64,000 nucleotides of DNA. Origin: Utricularia gibba (Eukaryota; Plantae; Magnoliophyta). The notes beneath the pieces are model-generated. The model saw only the letters and a program-made list of their open reading frames with translations, was not told the DNA's origin and did no database searches. The position numbers and the translations under genes are program-made. The stretch spans positions 806,001 through 870,000 of the forward strand of contig NEEC01000023.1 of assembly GCA_002189035.1 (NCBI GenBank). Reading direction: 5' to 3'. Of the stretch, positions 1-13,665 are shown piece after piece. Numbering within the stretch: the first letter of the stretch is position 1; every line of letters begins with the position of its first letter.

Positions 1-3000
1 CAGTGGTTACACCAAAAGCCACATATGGCATGTACCTGAAGAGGATCACCACACAGACTTAGGAACAGTGCTCAGAAAACTAACTTCAATTGGTAAATGG
101 AAACTCAAGATGGATGCTCACCAAAACAAGACTAGAACATAAACTGCATTTCTGTAAAAGTTATAGAGTAACATGTATGCCATGCGCTGATAATTCCAGT
201 GTCCATGTACCAGCAACAGTGGCACCAAAAATCGGAATTGAGCCATAGCAAAGTCTGATGCCATGACAGCCTGCCTTCCTTCTTGTCCACTGATTCCAAT
301 GCCAACATCAGCCTTTTGAATCATTGAAACATCATTTGCACCTGAGATCAAATAAAAGTGAATCGGTTTCCAAATAGCAATTCGGATTAAGTTGTCAATG
401 TAAAGATGCATACCGTCTCCAATGGCAAGAGTCATATCAGCAGTTCTTTTTTTAACCAGGGCGACAATTCCTGCTTTCTGCAGTGGAGCCACACGGCAGC
501 ATAACACCACTGCACATTTGGTGGCTAACTCAAAAAGCTGCAGTAAAGATCAAAACACGTGAAGTTCTGCCCTTCTTTCCTCCATCATAGGTGGAGAGAA
601 CAAACAGATCAGCACATTACCTTCACCTCAAGTTCTGTGTCAAGAATATGAACAAGGCTTGTTCCATCAATGATTAATGCAAAGTCATTGCTAGTTTCGG
701 TATCAGGAGCATTACTCGGTACCCTCTCTAGTATAAGCAGCAAAGAGTCTTCTATGAGCTTTCTACATGACTCCTTTGAGTTACTGTTTATCAATATCTG
801 AATCATTTGTCTAGTCAACAGCCTAGAAGAAAACCCAATGGAAATCGCTGTTTCTTGTTTGTCACCTGTTAAAACCCACACTTTTATAGCAGCCATCCTG
901 AGGGACTCGATCGCCTCCGGAACGCCTTGCTGCAACTTGTCCTCAATACCAGATGCACCTAATATGCTAGGATGATTTTCTATATTGTTGGCTACACTTT
1001 TTAGCAAAGCTGCACGCCCCAGTAAGGCTGAGGTTGCTGATTCATAAGATGACTGCCACTCCTCAAACTCCGGCAAACTCAATTCCCTCTTACCAATTAC
1101 AAGGGTGCGCAGGCCCTTTGAGGAGTAAGCATGAATATGATCCTTAGTGGCGTTCAAAATGTCCATGTTGGAGGAGGTATCCGCCACACTGAACATTGAT
1201 ACATCAGCTCCCTTAATGAACACTTTCACAGTCCCATCAGGGCATCCTAAAACGACTGACATCCTCTTCCGGTTACTATCGAACTCGTGCATACCTAGAA
1301 CATTGAACCTGTATGGATCAGTGGTAAGTATGACTAGAAGATCAGTTCTAGCAAAACTCCCCTCTAAAGATAGAAATAAAACTTTCATTCACCTCTTCCT
1401 GTTACCCTGAATGTCAATCTGTATGTAACCTGAAGTACGCTCCACAAGCATAAAACCATAGGTGGCGGCTGCATACACCAAAGCCTGCTCATCAGGAGAC
1501 TCCCCCTGATATTCTATTAATCTGAGTTCTGGGACAGATGTGCCAACACTTACAGGCACAATTGTGTTACAAGCAGCCAACGCTAGAAAAAAGTCGTGAA
1601 CATGTCTGCCTTCTGTGCTATCTGATCTTGATAGTACGAGAAGTCTCTGATCAACTTTTACAGTCACCTTTGGCTTGAGCACAACCCCATCAACTACAAC
1701 CAATAAAAAAAACTCTGGGTGAATACATCTTCGGAAATATACAAAAACAGGGGAAGAAGAACAATGATGCATAATGGTTTACCTTCAACGGAGTACCCTG
1801 TAGCGAAATCTTCAATACTCGCTTCTCCATTGTTGTAATCTATTCCTCCAATGGATGCACATTGAAACTCCATCTTGTTCTCGGTCAACGTACCAGTTTT
1901 ATCAGAGAACACATATTTTATCTGTCCCAAATCTTCATTTATGTTCAAGGCCCTACACTGAAACCTTGAGTTGGTGGATTCATCAAACATACTCTTATCT
2001 TGCACCATGAAATATGCTTGACCAAGACGAATAAGCTCCATGGATATGTACAAGGCTATTGGAATCATGACTTGGAAGACAATGATGGCCATGAGTAAAT
2101 CAAATAATATGTTCAGGAAGCCAGAATAATAGTCATAGTTTTCGCCAGACTCATCGCTGGAGTAGTCCATTTTCCTGAAAAACTGCATCAGGTTCAACTC
2201 TTCACTGTGCTTCTGCAGCCAAACACCATAGCAGGTGCAGACTATCACACACAGAACAACAAGGAAAATGGAAAGGTAAATTATTTCTCTGTTCATACGA
2301 CTCTCAAGACGGCTTCGTTTTGAAGGAGCCCCGGAGTTATTAAGCATTGCTTTAGTCTCTTTACCGCAGTAGACAGCAACCCCAATCACCCACTCAGTAT
2401 TCTTCAACTCACAGCCACGCAGAATGATATTGGAAGGTCCCAAGGAGGCAAGCTTTCCCTCAATACTCATGTTTGCATGAAAACCATAAATGTTTCTGTT
2501 TGGCTTTTCACACTTGATCACCCCACTAATTCCCCCTCTGGAGTTCCTATCTGAGTCTCTTGCTTCGCATATCGCGCCTTTAAATTCGACTCCCCATCCA
2601 AATTTGCAGTCTGAACATAAGCTACACCAGTAGAGTCACTAGTGGAAAGCAACACCATGTCACAAGGAATAGTTTCGTTTTTTAAAACTTTTATGATATC
2701 TCCCACACATATCTCCTTCCATTTTTTCGGCTGGAACTGATCTTCAGAAAGCACAAAAGCCAAACGCCTGTTCTCAAACTTGTCTGACCTGTGTCTCCTG
2801 TAATCCTCATATCCATCCTTGACGGCAGAAACAATAAGCACAAAGGCTAAAGGAATAAGGGAAACGCCTCTGCCAAAAACAGCAAGCTGGGGAAGCTGAT
2901 TCAGAACTGCAATCAATAGAAAGTATACATATGCAACACGCCGAAACTGCTCGAATAAATTCCGGGGCAAGAAACTCAGGATGGAATACTTAGATGTCTT

Positions 3001-3246
3001 TATATTGTTTACTGGATAATCAAACTTGTCGTTCGTTCTTCGTGGATCATTTATATAGACCAATCTTGCATCGTCATCATTGATCTCTTTGTTAGAGGCG
3101 GAGCGCCCACCTGAATCCACAGCCCTTGCAGATTTGGATCCAAAATCACTGACGATTATCCCCTTGACGTAGTGAGAAGACAAGGCCCTAAAATCTGCAT
3201 CTTGATGAGGGCTTTCATTAATTTCATTCTGGGCATATGCGTCCAT
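1..3246 (-). CDS. ALA1: P4-type phospholipid-transporting ATPase (flippase), 5' part; gene continues beyond the left edge
   Basis: Spliced exons encode [28 protein letters not shown], the phosphorylation motif [44 protein letters not shown] and AIGDG|[11 protein letters not shown] at 3246. One base appears to be missing in the C run at 2532-2536 ([12 protein letters not shown] is restored by +1 G), probably an assembly error. Confidence 0.95.
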
Positions 3247-4256
3247 CCAGGAAGATAGCTAAAATAAAGGAATCGATAAAACTAAAGAGCGAGGCCAAAT
3301 AAAAAATGGATCTTGTGGGTAGTTGCAGGATCCCAAGCCGGGAAACTCTCTGGGGATTTCAAATTTCATATCAAACAACGGCAGAAAAACACCAAGACCT
3401 GAAAGCCATGTCATATAATGCCCACAAGAATCGCCACAGGCTATCGCTCATTTCAATCGATACTTGAAGAAGCAAAGTGTGGCCCGGATAACGATAAAGC
3501 AATCTCAACCCACAAAAAGCAACGGCACAACAAAAAAGCTTGAAAGAGCCAAAGTCAATCTCTTAGTGAAGAAGAATCCGAGCGCCATAAGAAATGGAGG
3601 TCAAAACCCATCATTTTGTTTCCCAGGAAGATGATCCAGGCGCAGACTCTATCCTGCTCCTGCTCTTGTATCCGTATACACTAAGAACGCCATTTTCAAA
3701 AGGTCAAAGAGGAGATTAAAAGACAGGGAAAACAAGGTGGGATGGAGTTGGCGTAGGTGGCCGGAAAGAATGGTGAGCGTTGGATCGCTCTGACCAAACA
3801 TGAGCTGTGAAAACTTGCAATGCGGAACTGTAAGAAAGTCGTCGGCTTCGCTCAGCATCCGACCCTGCTGCACTCTGTTTCTAGAAGCCCAGAAGGAGTG
3901 ATGAGGTATGGCGCCAAGCATCTTCGCCCTCGCAGTTTAATGTTAATTGCAGTACAAAATGCAACGAACCAGAGACACGTGTCCGTAAAGCATTGGAGGT
4001 GAGAAGTCAACGATTGCACTTCAGTTACGAACACACGTGTGCTCCCTAACAAGTTATTAATCACCTGAATTTTCATTTCAAGAATATTCCATTTTATATT
4101 ATTATCTTAATATAATAATAAAATGGTTGACTTCGTGTGTGTCGGGGGCAAATGTGTACTTATCCACAAATATCATCCTCTTACACGAAAATCGCCTTTT
4201 TTTTTTCTTTTTTTTTAATCTTATCGTGTTCCCAGGCTCTCACCACAGAAAAGAGG

Positions 4257-7200
4257 ATGCTCTCGCCGTGCTCCTTGGAGCTTCGTTCTTGCGCGCGTTT
4301 CGGCTTCTTCACATACTGCCCCGGATTCCTTGGTAATTATATTTTCCTCCCCAGAATTTCCCAGAGGCTTCACACTCGCCCCGGACTCCGATTATCCGCA
4401 TCCATAACTGCGAAGCCCTCATCGGAGTTCAGGAAGAAGAAACCTACACGCTTAGGAAATGACGATGATAAGATCCCCGCCCTACGAGACCTCTTTCGCA
4501 AGCCAAACATCAACCTTGATGCTTACATCATTCCCTCTCAAGATGCTCACCAGGTTTCTTTTTAATGAATCCTTCGGATACTACCAGTGGCTTTGTTAAT
4601 TTTATAGAATCTTTCTTCGTCGCGCGTTTTTTTTTTTTTTTTTGTGTCATTTGCCAATGGGGATTCATCTGCCATTTGCAGAGCGAGTTCATCGCTGACT
4701 GTTACTCAAGGAGAGCATATATATCGGGTTTTACTGGGAGTGCAGGCACAGCTGTGGTCACAAAAGATAAAGCCGCACTGTGGACAGATGGACGCTATTT
4801 CCTCCAGGTCAAAACCGCTCAATGCTATGCTTCTCCAGGTAGCAGCAGTTCTTACTTAATCATGCTAAAAATGCTTTCTTTTGATAAACAGGCTGAAAAA
4901 CAATTGCATTCGAGTTGGATTCTCATGAGAGCTGGTAATTTAGGAGTCCCATCTCCCGGTGAGTGGCTTAACGATGTTCTGGAACCTGGTTCCCGGATAG
5001 GAATAGATCCAGTGAGTGAGCTTTCTGGTTCCTGTGCTGCATAATCTTATGTGCAAATTTCGTATTTACCAGAACAAACTGAAATCACTGAAAGACTACT
5101 TGGAGATATTTTCTTTTAAGTTCCAGTTGCAGAACATTGAAGAGAATTCTAATACCAGAAACCTTCTGTTGGTTTCTGTGAAGGATCCAGTTCCTGTTTT
5201 CTTCCGATGCTGCAGAGGAACTAGAGCAAGTAATCTCTCTGAAGAATCATGAGCTGGTCTACTTGTATGGTGTGAACCTAGTGGATGAGATATGGAAGGA
5301 GTCTAGACCAAACCCCCCAATAATCATGTCAGAATACATGACCTCAGGTATGCGGGTGTAGATGTATCATCAAAGTTGACATCATTGAGAACTGAACTAA
5401 GGAATGCTGGCGCATCTGCGATTGTCATCTCTATGTTGGATGAAATAGCCTGGCTACTGAACCTGGTAATTCTCTGATATTTGGAATCTTCTAAAAAAAA
5501 TCTTATGATATCCATGTAATTTACCTCAGGGAAAATAGAAGGTTTGATTTTTGTCATTGTAAAATGTCTGATAGATTATTGCAATGAGTCCATATTGTTG
5601 TAATGATGCTGCTTTTTTTCTGGCAGAGAGGCAGTGATGTGCCACATTCTCCAGTCGCCTATGCATATTTGATTGTAGAGCTTGATGGAGCAAAATTGTT
5701 TATTGATGATGCTAAAATTGGACCTGAAGTGAATCAATATCTGAAGAATGCTGGGGTTGAGACAAGAGCTTATGGGGACATTCTTTCTGAAATTGAAAGG
5801 TAATTAGAAAATTCAGCAGCCTTACCGTTCTTCAGTGGTCTGGTTAATTGGCATACCTTTCCATCAGCAATTGAAAAGTACCCTGTTCTGCATAGGTAAT
5901 TACCATGTTGAATGCAGGAGTGGCCTTTGTTTTTCAACACAAAAAATTCGCATACACAGGCATTGCAAAATAGTAAAATGGGAACAACAAGCAAAACGTT
6001 TTGTTTAGAGTATGTGGTGGGACAATAATATCGCTACATGATTCGTTCACTGAGAAGTTGTATTGCCATCACTTTTTTGATACAGGTTGGCTGCAAAAGG
6101 GGAGTCCCTGTTGTTTGACAAGTCATCTGTTAGTGCTGCTGTAGCCAAAACGTTCATATTGGCCTGCGATAAATACTCAGGATCAAAGAGATTTGATAAT
6201 GTCGACAGAGTACCTGCAGTTTTATACAAAAACTCACCTGTTTCTCTTGCGAAAGCTGTGAAAAATGAAGCTGAGTTGGAAGGGATGCGCCAGGCACATC
6301 TAAGGTCAGTGCCTGATGTAGCCGGTTTCCGTACAATGACACATCCTATCTTGAATATGATAAATAGGATCGTAAAGGAACTGATAACAACTGTGCATTT
6401 ATACCAGAAATGACCATGCGAGGACTGACAAGTAAGAACTGATCTTTTACAGGGATGCAGCAGCTCTTGCAAAGTTTTGGGCTTGGCTTGAGGAGGAAAT
6501 CGGTAGCGGAGCAGTGTTGACAGAAGCGGATGTTGCCAACAAACTCAATTATTTTCGTTCTATGCAGGATGGGTTTTTGGAAACAAGTTTTGATACTATA
6601 AGTGGTACTTCATCTCATCTTTGGATAAATGCATAATGCCGGCAGTATAAAATGGGTGTCCACAACTCAAAATATACTACTGTTTGTTTTCTTCTTTTAA
6701 GATTCATTTTATTCATGATCTCTTGATGCACAAATAACAGTGTAATTATCGTGCCCTCAGTTTCTGCTTCATATTAGCAACAATGAGATTCATGTATTTC
6801 TGCATTCCTTGCATGCTTCCATTGGCTCTCCATGCATAAAAGGGATGATAAGCTTATCAGTGAATATTCAGTGAGCTGCATTTTCGAGCCCAAATTTCCT
6901 CTTAATCTGCTTCTCAGTTCACCCACTAGGATCAGTGGATCTCTCACAAGGGACTTTTATTTCGTTAAATTCCATCTGTTTTTTTTTTTTAATCTTTGAA
7001 CATCTTCTTGGGTACTGTTTTCTATTTGCAATCATAAACATTGTAGGAAATCTCAAAATTGACCGCTTGTTGTGGTGTCATATTTCATTTTTAAGTGCAT
7101 AATAGGTGAGAGATTCTCACAGTCTTTACTTTACAGCCTCTGGAGCCAATGGGGCTATCATCCATTACAAACCAGAACCTGGGAGTTGCAGCGTTGTTGA

Positions 7201-8502
7201 AATTGATAAACTTTTCCTACTTGACAGTGGAGCCCAATATATAGATGGAACGACAGATGTTACCCGGACAGCACACTTTGGTCAACCTTCTGCGTGGGAG
7301 AAGGAATGCTTCACAAGGGTCCTAAAGGTACTTTTGCATTACTAGCTTTCGGGGTTAGGTTGAGGGTGGGTACCTGAGAGACCAAAAAAAAATCGTTGCA
7401 AGCTATATCCAGATATATACCAACTATTTTGTAGCTGAAAACGCATGTAATATTTGAGACATCTTCCAGGGTCATATTGCTCTTGATCAAGCCATTTTTC
7501 CTGAAAACTGCCCTGGTTTTGTATTGGATGCCTTTGCAAGATCATCATTGTGGAAGATAGGCCTTGATTATCGCCATGGTACGTACTTGTGTGCTCCACG
7601 TGAAGATTAATGCATATACAATTGCTTGTTGATTTTTTTTTCCTCCAAATCTAGGTACTGGTCATGGTGTAGGAGCTGCTCTGAATGTCCATGAAGGCCC
7701 TCAAAGTATCAGCTATCGGTACGGTAACACGACTGCATTGCTCAAAGGCATGATTGTCAGCAATGAGCCTGGGTACTATGAAGATCATGCTTTTGGCATC
7801 AGGATTGAAGTATGTTGTATTCTTTGCTTCCTTTTTCGATACTCCTTCCCAGTTGTCAATTCCTGTTTTTTAGACTGTTAATTTTTCTTTTTCAAGTTGG
7901 CCTCTCCAGTGGCTGGTACTCAAGTGCATGACATTTTTCTTTCATTTTGCTATATTTGTCCTTCAGAACCTCTCCAGTGGCTGGTACTCAAGTGCATGAC
8001 ATTTTTCTTTCATTTTGCTATATTTGTCCTTCAGAACCTGCTCTGTGTCAAAGAGGCCTGTACACCAAATCGATATGGGGGAGTGGGATACCTCTGCTTT
8101 GAAAAGCTCACGTTTGTTCCAATACAGGTGAAGGCTAGAACTTAGTTATTTTGTCACATATGTGTTAGCCCAAGTGTGCTTACCCTCGCCATGCTCATGT
8201 TCTCGTGATGTCTGCAGACAAAATTGGTGGATATATCTTTACTCTCACCAACAGAGCTGCAGTGGCTGAATGATTACCACAAGCAAGTTTGGGAGAAGGT
8301 CAGTCATCTTTTTTTAACGTCATCTCCACCATAACACGTAAATTCTGGGCTTGGTGGTTGACATGGCAGTTTCATCTTAGCTTCAGATATCTGTGTTGAT
8401 TGATTTTGAAAATTGGATTCTGGCTTGCAGGTTTCTCCATTGCTTGAGGGTTCCGCGTACCAATGGCTCCAGAAGAACACACAACCAGTTCTGATGACTT
8501 AG
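4257..8502 (+). CDS. APP2: Xaa-Pro aminopeptidase P (M24B), with N-terminal transit-peptide-like extension; multi-exon
   Basis: Exons encode [12 protein letters not shown]|[72 protein letters not shown] and LTFVPIQ. ATG at 4257, TAG at 8500-8502. One base is missing in the C6 run at 5313-5318 (probable error). Confidence 0.93.
7901..8039 (+). repeat. Perfect 68-bp tandem duplication spanning an APP2 3' splice site
   Basis: 7901-7968 is identical to 7969-8036 (cctctccagtggctggtact...tttgtccttcagaa), and the match continues for another 3 bp (cct). Confidence 0.97.
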
Positions 8503-9703
8503 TGCTACAATTTAAAAAACAAACATGGGATTGGGAACACACCGTATGTGTGTGCTGTGAACTTTGACAAGTTATTCATAAATTCGTGTTACAAGATGAA
8601 CACTGGTCTCACCCTGAAGGGATGCAAACAGCAGCCAGCCGGCCATCATTTCTCAACCCAGACAGATGACAACAAATGTATCACTGTGATGAGTTTCGTC
8701 CAACAGTTTCTGACGCCCTCCATGTCGAGCAAAGCTCTCACGACGAATAGACAAGAATCATGCCCCTGTACCACGCAACGTCGCTGTGGAGCAACTTCCC
8801 GCCCGAGTATGTGTGATCGGAAGCAGCACGCCGCCGTTTGAAATTAGGAGCGCAAGGACTTTCCTTCATAATGGATCACGATTCCTGAATCGTCATAGCC
8901 GATAGTAGCAGAAAAAAAGCCCGCCGCCCAGAATTAATAAACCCCAAATTACCAAGATCACCAGAATCTAGTCGCCGCGGTGGATTCCGGAATCCGGCGG
9001 CTGTTGATCGGTTAATCAAAAGGAATAAACATTTTTTCTCTTCATTCTGCAATTTCAAAAGAACCTCTAAAAGAAATCCTTTTTTTTATCCTCAAAGCTA
9101 CAAGATAGGTTTATGCTTGACCTCGTTGGAATGATTATTCCTCCGTAGCTATAAGATAGACCTTCTTTCTTCATCCCCAACTCTATCTCCAGATTGTGGC
9201 ACCTTTCTTTCATAGCCGATGTCTACTTTTGAGTTTTGCCAACAATAGAAAAAAGACCTTCTTTTGAGGTTGCGTTCAAATCCAAAACTCAAGTTTTGAT
9301 TTTTGCATTGGATTCACTGCGATTTGCTTGCAGATCATCGTTCCAATTAAAAGAGTTTTGTTGGTTGGGGATAAGAATAAAAGCATGTTACGTTTACTTA
9401 AGACGTTTGTCGTCTCCTTTCCTTTCCCTCCACTGTCAGCAATGGTAGCACATTTGTGAAGCAAGCAACGCACATTGGGTAACGGTCCCACTTCAGCCGC
9501 CCTGGCTGATGAAGAATAAAAGAGTGTACTTCACGACGATGTGGATTAGTTCTTCAACCCACCAAATTCTTTAAATTAAGGAATGGGCAAAAGCCCTTCG
9601 TAGCCCAGGAGGTGAACTCCAGCAACAACCCCATTTCCTGGCCTAAGCTGTCGCAGATGTGTAATTGATGTTAGTTCTAGTTCCGGTTGTGGGTTTTCCG
9701 AAG

Positions 9704-11955
9704 ATGGAGTTTTTGAAGGAGTTGTCGGTGCTTCTGGGTGTGCTGTGGCTAATTTGTGCTAAGGCTGATTCAACGATTGAAGGGGTCGTTTATATTGGAG
9801 GCTTAACTCCGATAGCGACTACCAGTGAAGAATTTGTCTGTGCAAATCTTGATTGGTGGCCACCTGAGAAATGTGACTACGGAACTTGTGCCTGGGATCA
9901 CGCTTCTTTGCTCAATTTGGTCTCTTTCTGTCTGCTTCTTCCTATTCCGTTGTTGAATAGATGATACTCATTCTGTGTTGTTTCCTTTTTCCTTGTGCAG
10001 AATCTCAAGAATCCAATTCTACTGAATGCAGTTAAAGGTAGATTATATAAACTAACTGGTTTTCCTTCTCATATATGCGAAGCGCTTTTTTAAACTTCCT
10101 TTTTACATATGCAATCTCATAGCATTTGCGCCATTGAAGATTCGATTGGGAGGTAGTTTGCAAAACAAAGTCATCTACCAAACAGAAGATAAACCGCAAC
10201 CATGTACGCCGTTCACAAGGAATCCTTCTCTATTGTTTGGTTTCACTCACGGCTGCCTGCCGTTAGGCAGATGGGATGAACTGAATTCATTCTTCAAAGA
10301 ATCTGGGTAACGAATGCATCTTTATGAATAACATTTTGCTCCCTTGGATCTCGTTAACCTGATGGTAATGGTTAACAAACACCTCAGGGCTCTTGTGATT
10401 TTTGGGCTGAATGCTCTTCATGGAAAAACAATACGTGGAAACATCGCTACAGGGCCTTGGGATCCCACCAACGCCGCTTCTCTGATTAGCTATACAGTCA
10501 AAAAGGGTTACGATATCTATGGCTGGGAACTTGGTAAGAATTGTGTCGGATCTCAACTCCACCTGGGCTTGAATAAACTTCCCTTCCATCACCCTTATCA
10601 TGTATTTTCTTTCCAGGGAATGAACTCAGTGGGACAGGTATCGGGGTTGGAATCTCTTCTGAGAGGTATGCATCCGATACGATCCTTCTACATGACTTGG
10701 TACAAGATGTTTACAAGGAAGTTGAAGCCAAGCCACTGGTCATAGCCCCTGGAGGATTCTTCGATGCTAACTGGTTCCGTCAGTTCCTTTCAAAGACGGG
10801 CGGCTCTCTTAATGCAATCACACAGCATATCTACAACTTAGGCCCAGGTACAACTCCTTGAACCAAACAAGCATTCGTAATTCACAAAAACATGGAATGC
10901 CATCCGGTTTTCATCTTTGTGTAGGAAGCGATCCGCACCTCATAGATAGGATTCTCAATCCTGATGTTCTTGATGGTGGGGCGTTTGTGTTCAGCAACCT
11001 CCAAAACATTGTTAAAAGCTCTGGAACTTCAGCTTCAGCTTGGGTTGGTGAATCCGGAGGAGCATACAACAGTGGCCGCAATGGAGTCACAAACGCATTT
11101 GTGTTTAGTTTCTGGTGAAGTATCGGTATCTTGCTTTTGTTTACAGTCGATTTGTTGAGAGTTTAAATCCCAATGGTTAAACACAGGTACTTGGATCAAC
11201 TTGGGTTGGCATCTACTTATGATCATAAGGTATACTGCAGACAGACATTGATTGGTGGCAACTATGGCCTGCTTAACACAACTACGTTCGCCCCAAACCC
11301 AGATTATTACAGGTAAAATGAAGCTGCACTTGGCCAATCAACCATGGCTTTTAGACAGTACAAAGTGTGCAATTTGCTAAACCATCCTCTCCTTTGTGAT
11401 CAACTGCAGTGCTCTTCTGTGGCACCGGTTAATGGGGAGGCACGTCCTCTCCACCGTCTTCAGTGTAACCAAGAAGCTTCGAGCTTATGCTCATTGTTCG
11501 AAGCTATCCGTAAGTTGTATGCTTGCCAAAATCATGCTGTGCTGCTTGTGATCCTCTTATTATACAAGTGAACGCTTTCCTCGCAGACTGGAATCACCCT
11601 TCTGCTCATCAACATAGATGGAGCCGCAAGTGCTGAGGTGAAAGTTGAGTTCAATGCAACACCCGCGAGCTCGAGCAGGCACAGCAGAAACCGGCATCAT
11701 CGGCATGCATCCAACTTGCATCATACCAAGCAGGTCACTGAAAATGTGAGGGAAGAATACCATCTAACTCCACAGGACGGGAACATCCAAAGCCGGGTGG
11801 TTCTGCTCAACGGTAAAGTGCTTATGATCGACTCTTCCGGGCAGATCCCTGCCCTTGAACCAGTTCAGATGATTGCATCTGATCCCATCAAGGTAGCTCC
11901 TTATTCGATTGTGTTCGTTCATATGCCGAGCGTGGCTCTCCCTGCTTGCAGGTAG
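9704..11955 (+). CDS. Heparanase-like protein (glycoside hydrolase family 79), multi-exon, signal peptide
   Basis: MEFLKELSVLLGVLWLICAKA signal peptide, FVCANLDWWPPEKCDYGTC, catalytic WELG|NEL and AWVGESGGAYNSG, YLDQLG, RQTLIGGNYGLL, REEYHLT and PYSIVFVH. TAG at 11953-11955. Confidence 0.93.
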
Positions 11956-13081
11956 ATTGTGAGAAAAAGGGTGTTGTGTATCAGATGTATGCGGATGCTG
12001 TGTGTATCATTCATCAAAGTCATGGCTTCTTCTTCCATGCGTTGGAAAATCCAGACGCATGTTTAACAGTTTCTTCATTTGCAATTATCATGTTTTCTGT
12101 TCACACGGCCGCGCAGGAGGTCGGAGGGGTCCCTGCGTCCTTCTTCTAGATAATTTACATTAGAAAAATAGTTAGTTAATTCCTGTACTTGACTTGCGCG
12201 TGTGTAAGTGGAGCCCGTAAACGCGCCGGCGTCACCACCGTTCTGGAAATGCCACTGTGCGCTGCTACTAAACCATCCACAGCCACGATCCCGGCAACAT
12301 GCGTAGCAATTGTAGAAGTATTCGGCAGTGAAGTGAAGCTCCATAAAACCTTCCCTTTGGCCATAAATGACGCCATCTCCGGCGAAAGAGGGACAAGCGC
12401 GGGAAGTCAGGAGACAACATCTCCACAGCACGTAGTCGTTTCCCAGTTTTCCAGCTAATGCCACATCGTATTCACCGCCTTCCTCTCCGTCGTAGAAGTC
12501 CCCATAACAGTGACAGAAGGAAATGGGCAATGAGGAAGCACGGAATACCAGAGGTTGTCGAGATGAGGAAGAGGAATCCTCTATCACAGTCCCCTCCAGG
12601 ACAGAGGCATGTCTGATTATGGATATGTAGTGAAATGCCATGCTTATGCTTATTAGGGTATATTTAGTGATTTCCGGAAATGCTGATATTGTTTTCTGGA
12701 AATCATTTTTATTTTTTCGGAAATGACTTTTATTCTTGAATTTATATGTCACTGAAACCATTTTAAGGAAATTGAATTTTCTCGTGGAAACTTATTAACG
12801 GAATCCACGTCAGCATTTTCAGAAATTACTAAATATGGCGTGAAGGTAGCGTGACGGGGGAGAGATGAAGATCGGGAGACAAAAACCATGATTTCCGACA
12901 GAGCGTGGCGGGAATTAACCCGCCGCCAATACAGAAGACGACAGCGCAGCTCGCGGCGGTACGTGGCCGAAAGGCCGTCACCATGCATTAGTTTGACGGT
13001 AAACTTTCTCCTCGGGCCAGTTTTCCGACAGCGACGCAGCGTCCGCTCTGATATGCCTGCCCCTTCCCGGGCCGACACTGT

Positions 13082-13250
13082 TGGGCCATATGTGATCGGA
13101 ATATTTATCAGGCCCAATAAGAATTGGACTACCCTTTTTGTCTTCAAGCCCGTGTTATGGAAATGATAGGGAGCCAATAGCAAGGATTCTCCGCATCGTT
13201 GCCGCCATCGCAACTCGCTGGAATCCCGGTAGTGAAGCCTAAACCCTAAA
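13082..13250 (+). promoter_or_regulatory. Site II (TGGGCY/RGCCCA) plus telo-box module upstream of IMP4
   Basis: TGGGCC at 13082, GGCCCA at 13111 and telo-box AAACCCTA at 13241. This combination is typical of plant ribosome-biogenesis genes. Confidence 0.6.
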
Positions 13251-13665
13251 GAGGTGATTGCATTGTCACCGCCTCGTATTGTTGTTCCTTGTTGGCCATA
13301 GGGAGGTAAGGGAACGCGCAACATTTTCTTCCTTGAGTATCGTGCGCGAGATTCGAGATATGCGATTGTCAACGTGATACTTGATTTTGGAGAATTTTTT
13401 TTAGTTATAATGTTGTATTTGGAGGCATAATGGTGATTTTTTATTGTCTGAGCATTTGATACCACAGCCTTCTACTCATGCTCAATGCCCCTGCCCCAGC
13501 TCTTCGTGTTTGAAACTGAGTTTCTAGAGGCCTCGTTTGAAAGAAGAGTGCTAGTTTTTTTTTTTTTTGAAGATCTGTGGCAGAAGAGTTTGCTGGCCCT
13601 AGTTATAGATTTGAAATCAAAGTGGTGTCATCCAATGATATTTTTGCGTCTATTCAGTAGGTAGC

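Noticed and set aside
8684-8713. Hammerhead-like (GACGAAAC) or box C/D-like (GTGATGA..CTGA) motifs
   Set aside because: There is no correctly ordered CUGANGA core with stems, and the C-to-D spacing is too short with no terminal stem.
9484-9546. USE-like elements (GTCCCACTTCA, ATCCACATCG) suggesting an snRNA gene
   Set aside because: Imperfect matches, and no U1-U6, U3, 7SL or MRP sequence follows at the expected distance.
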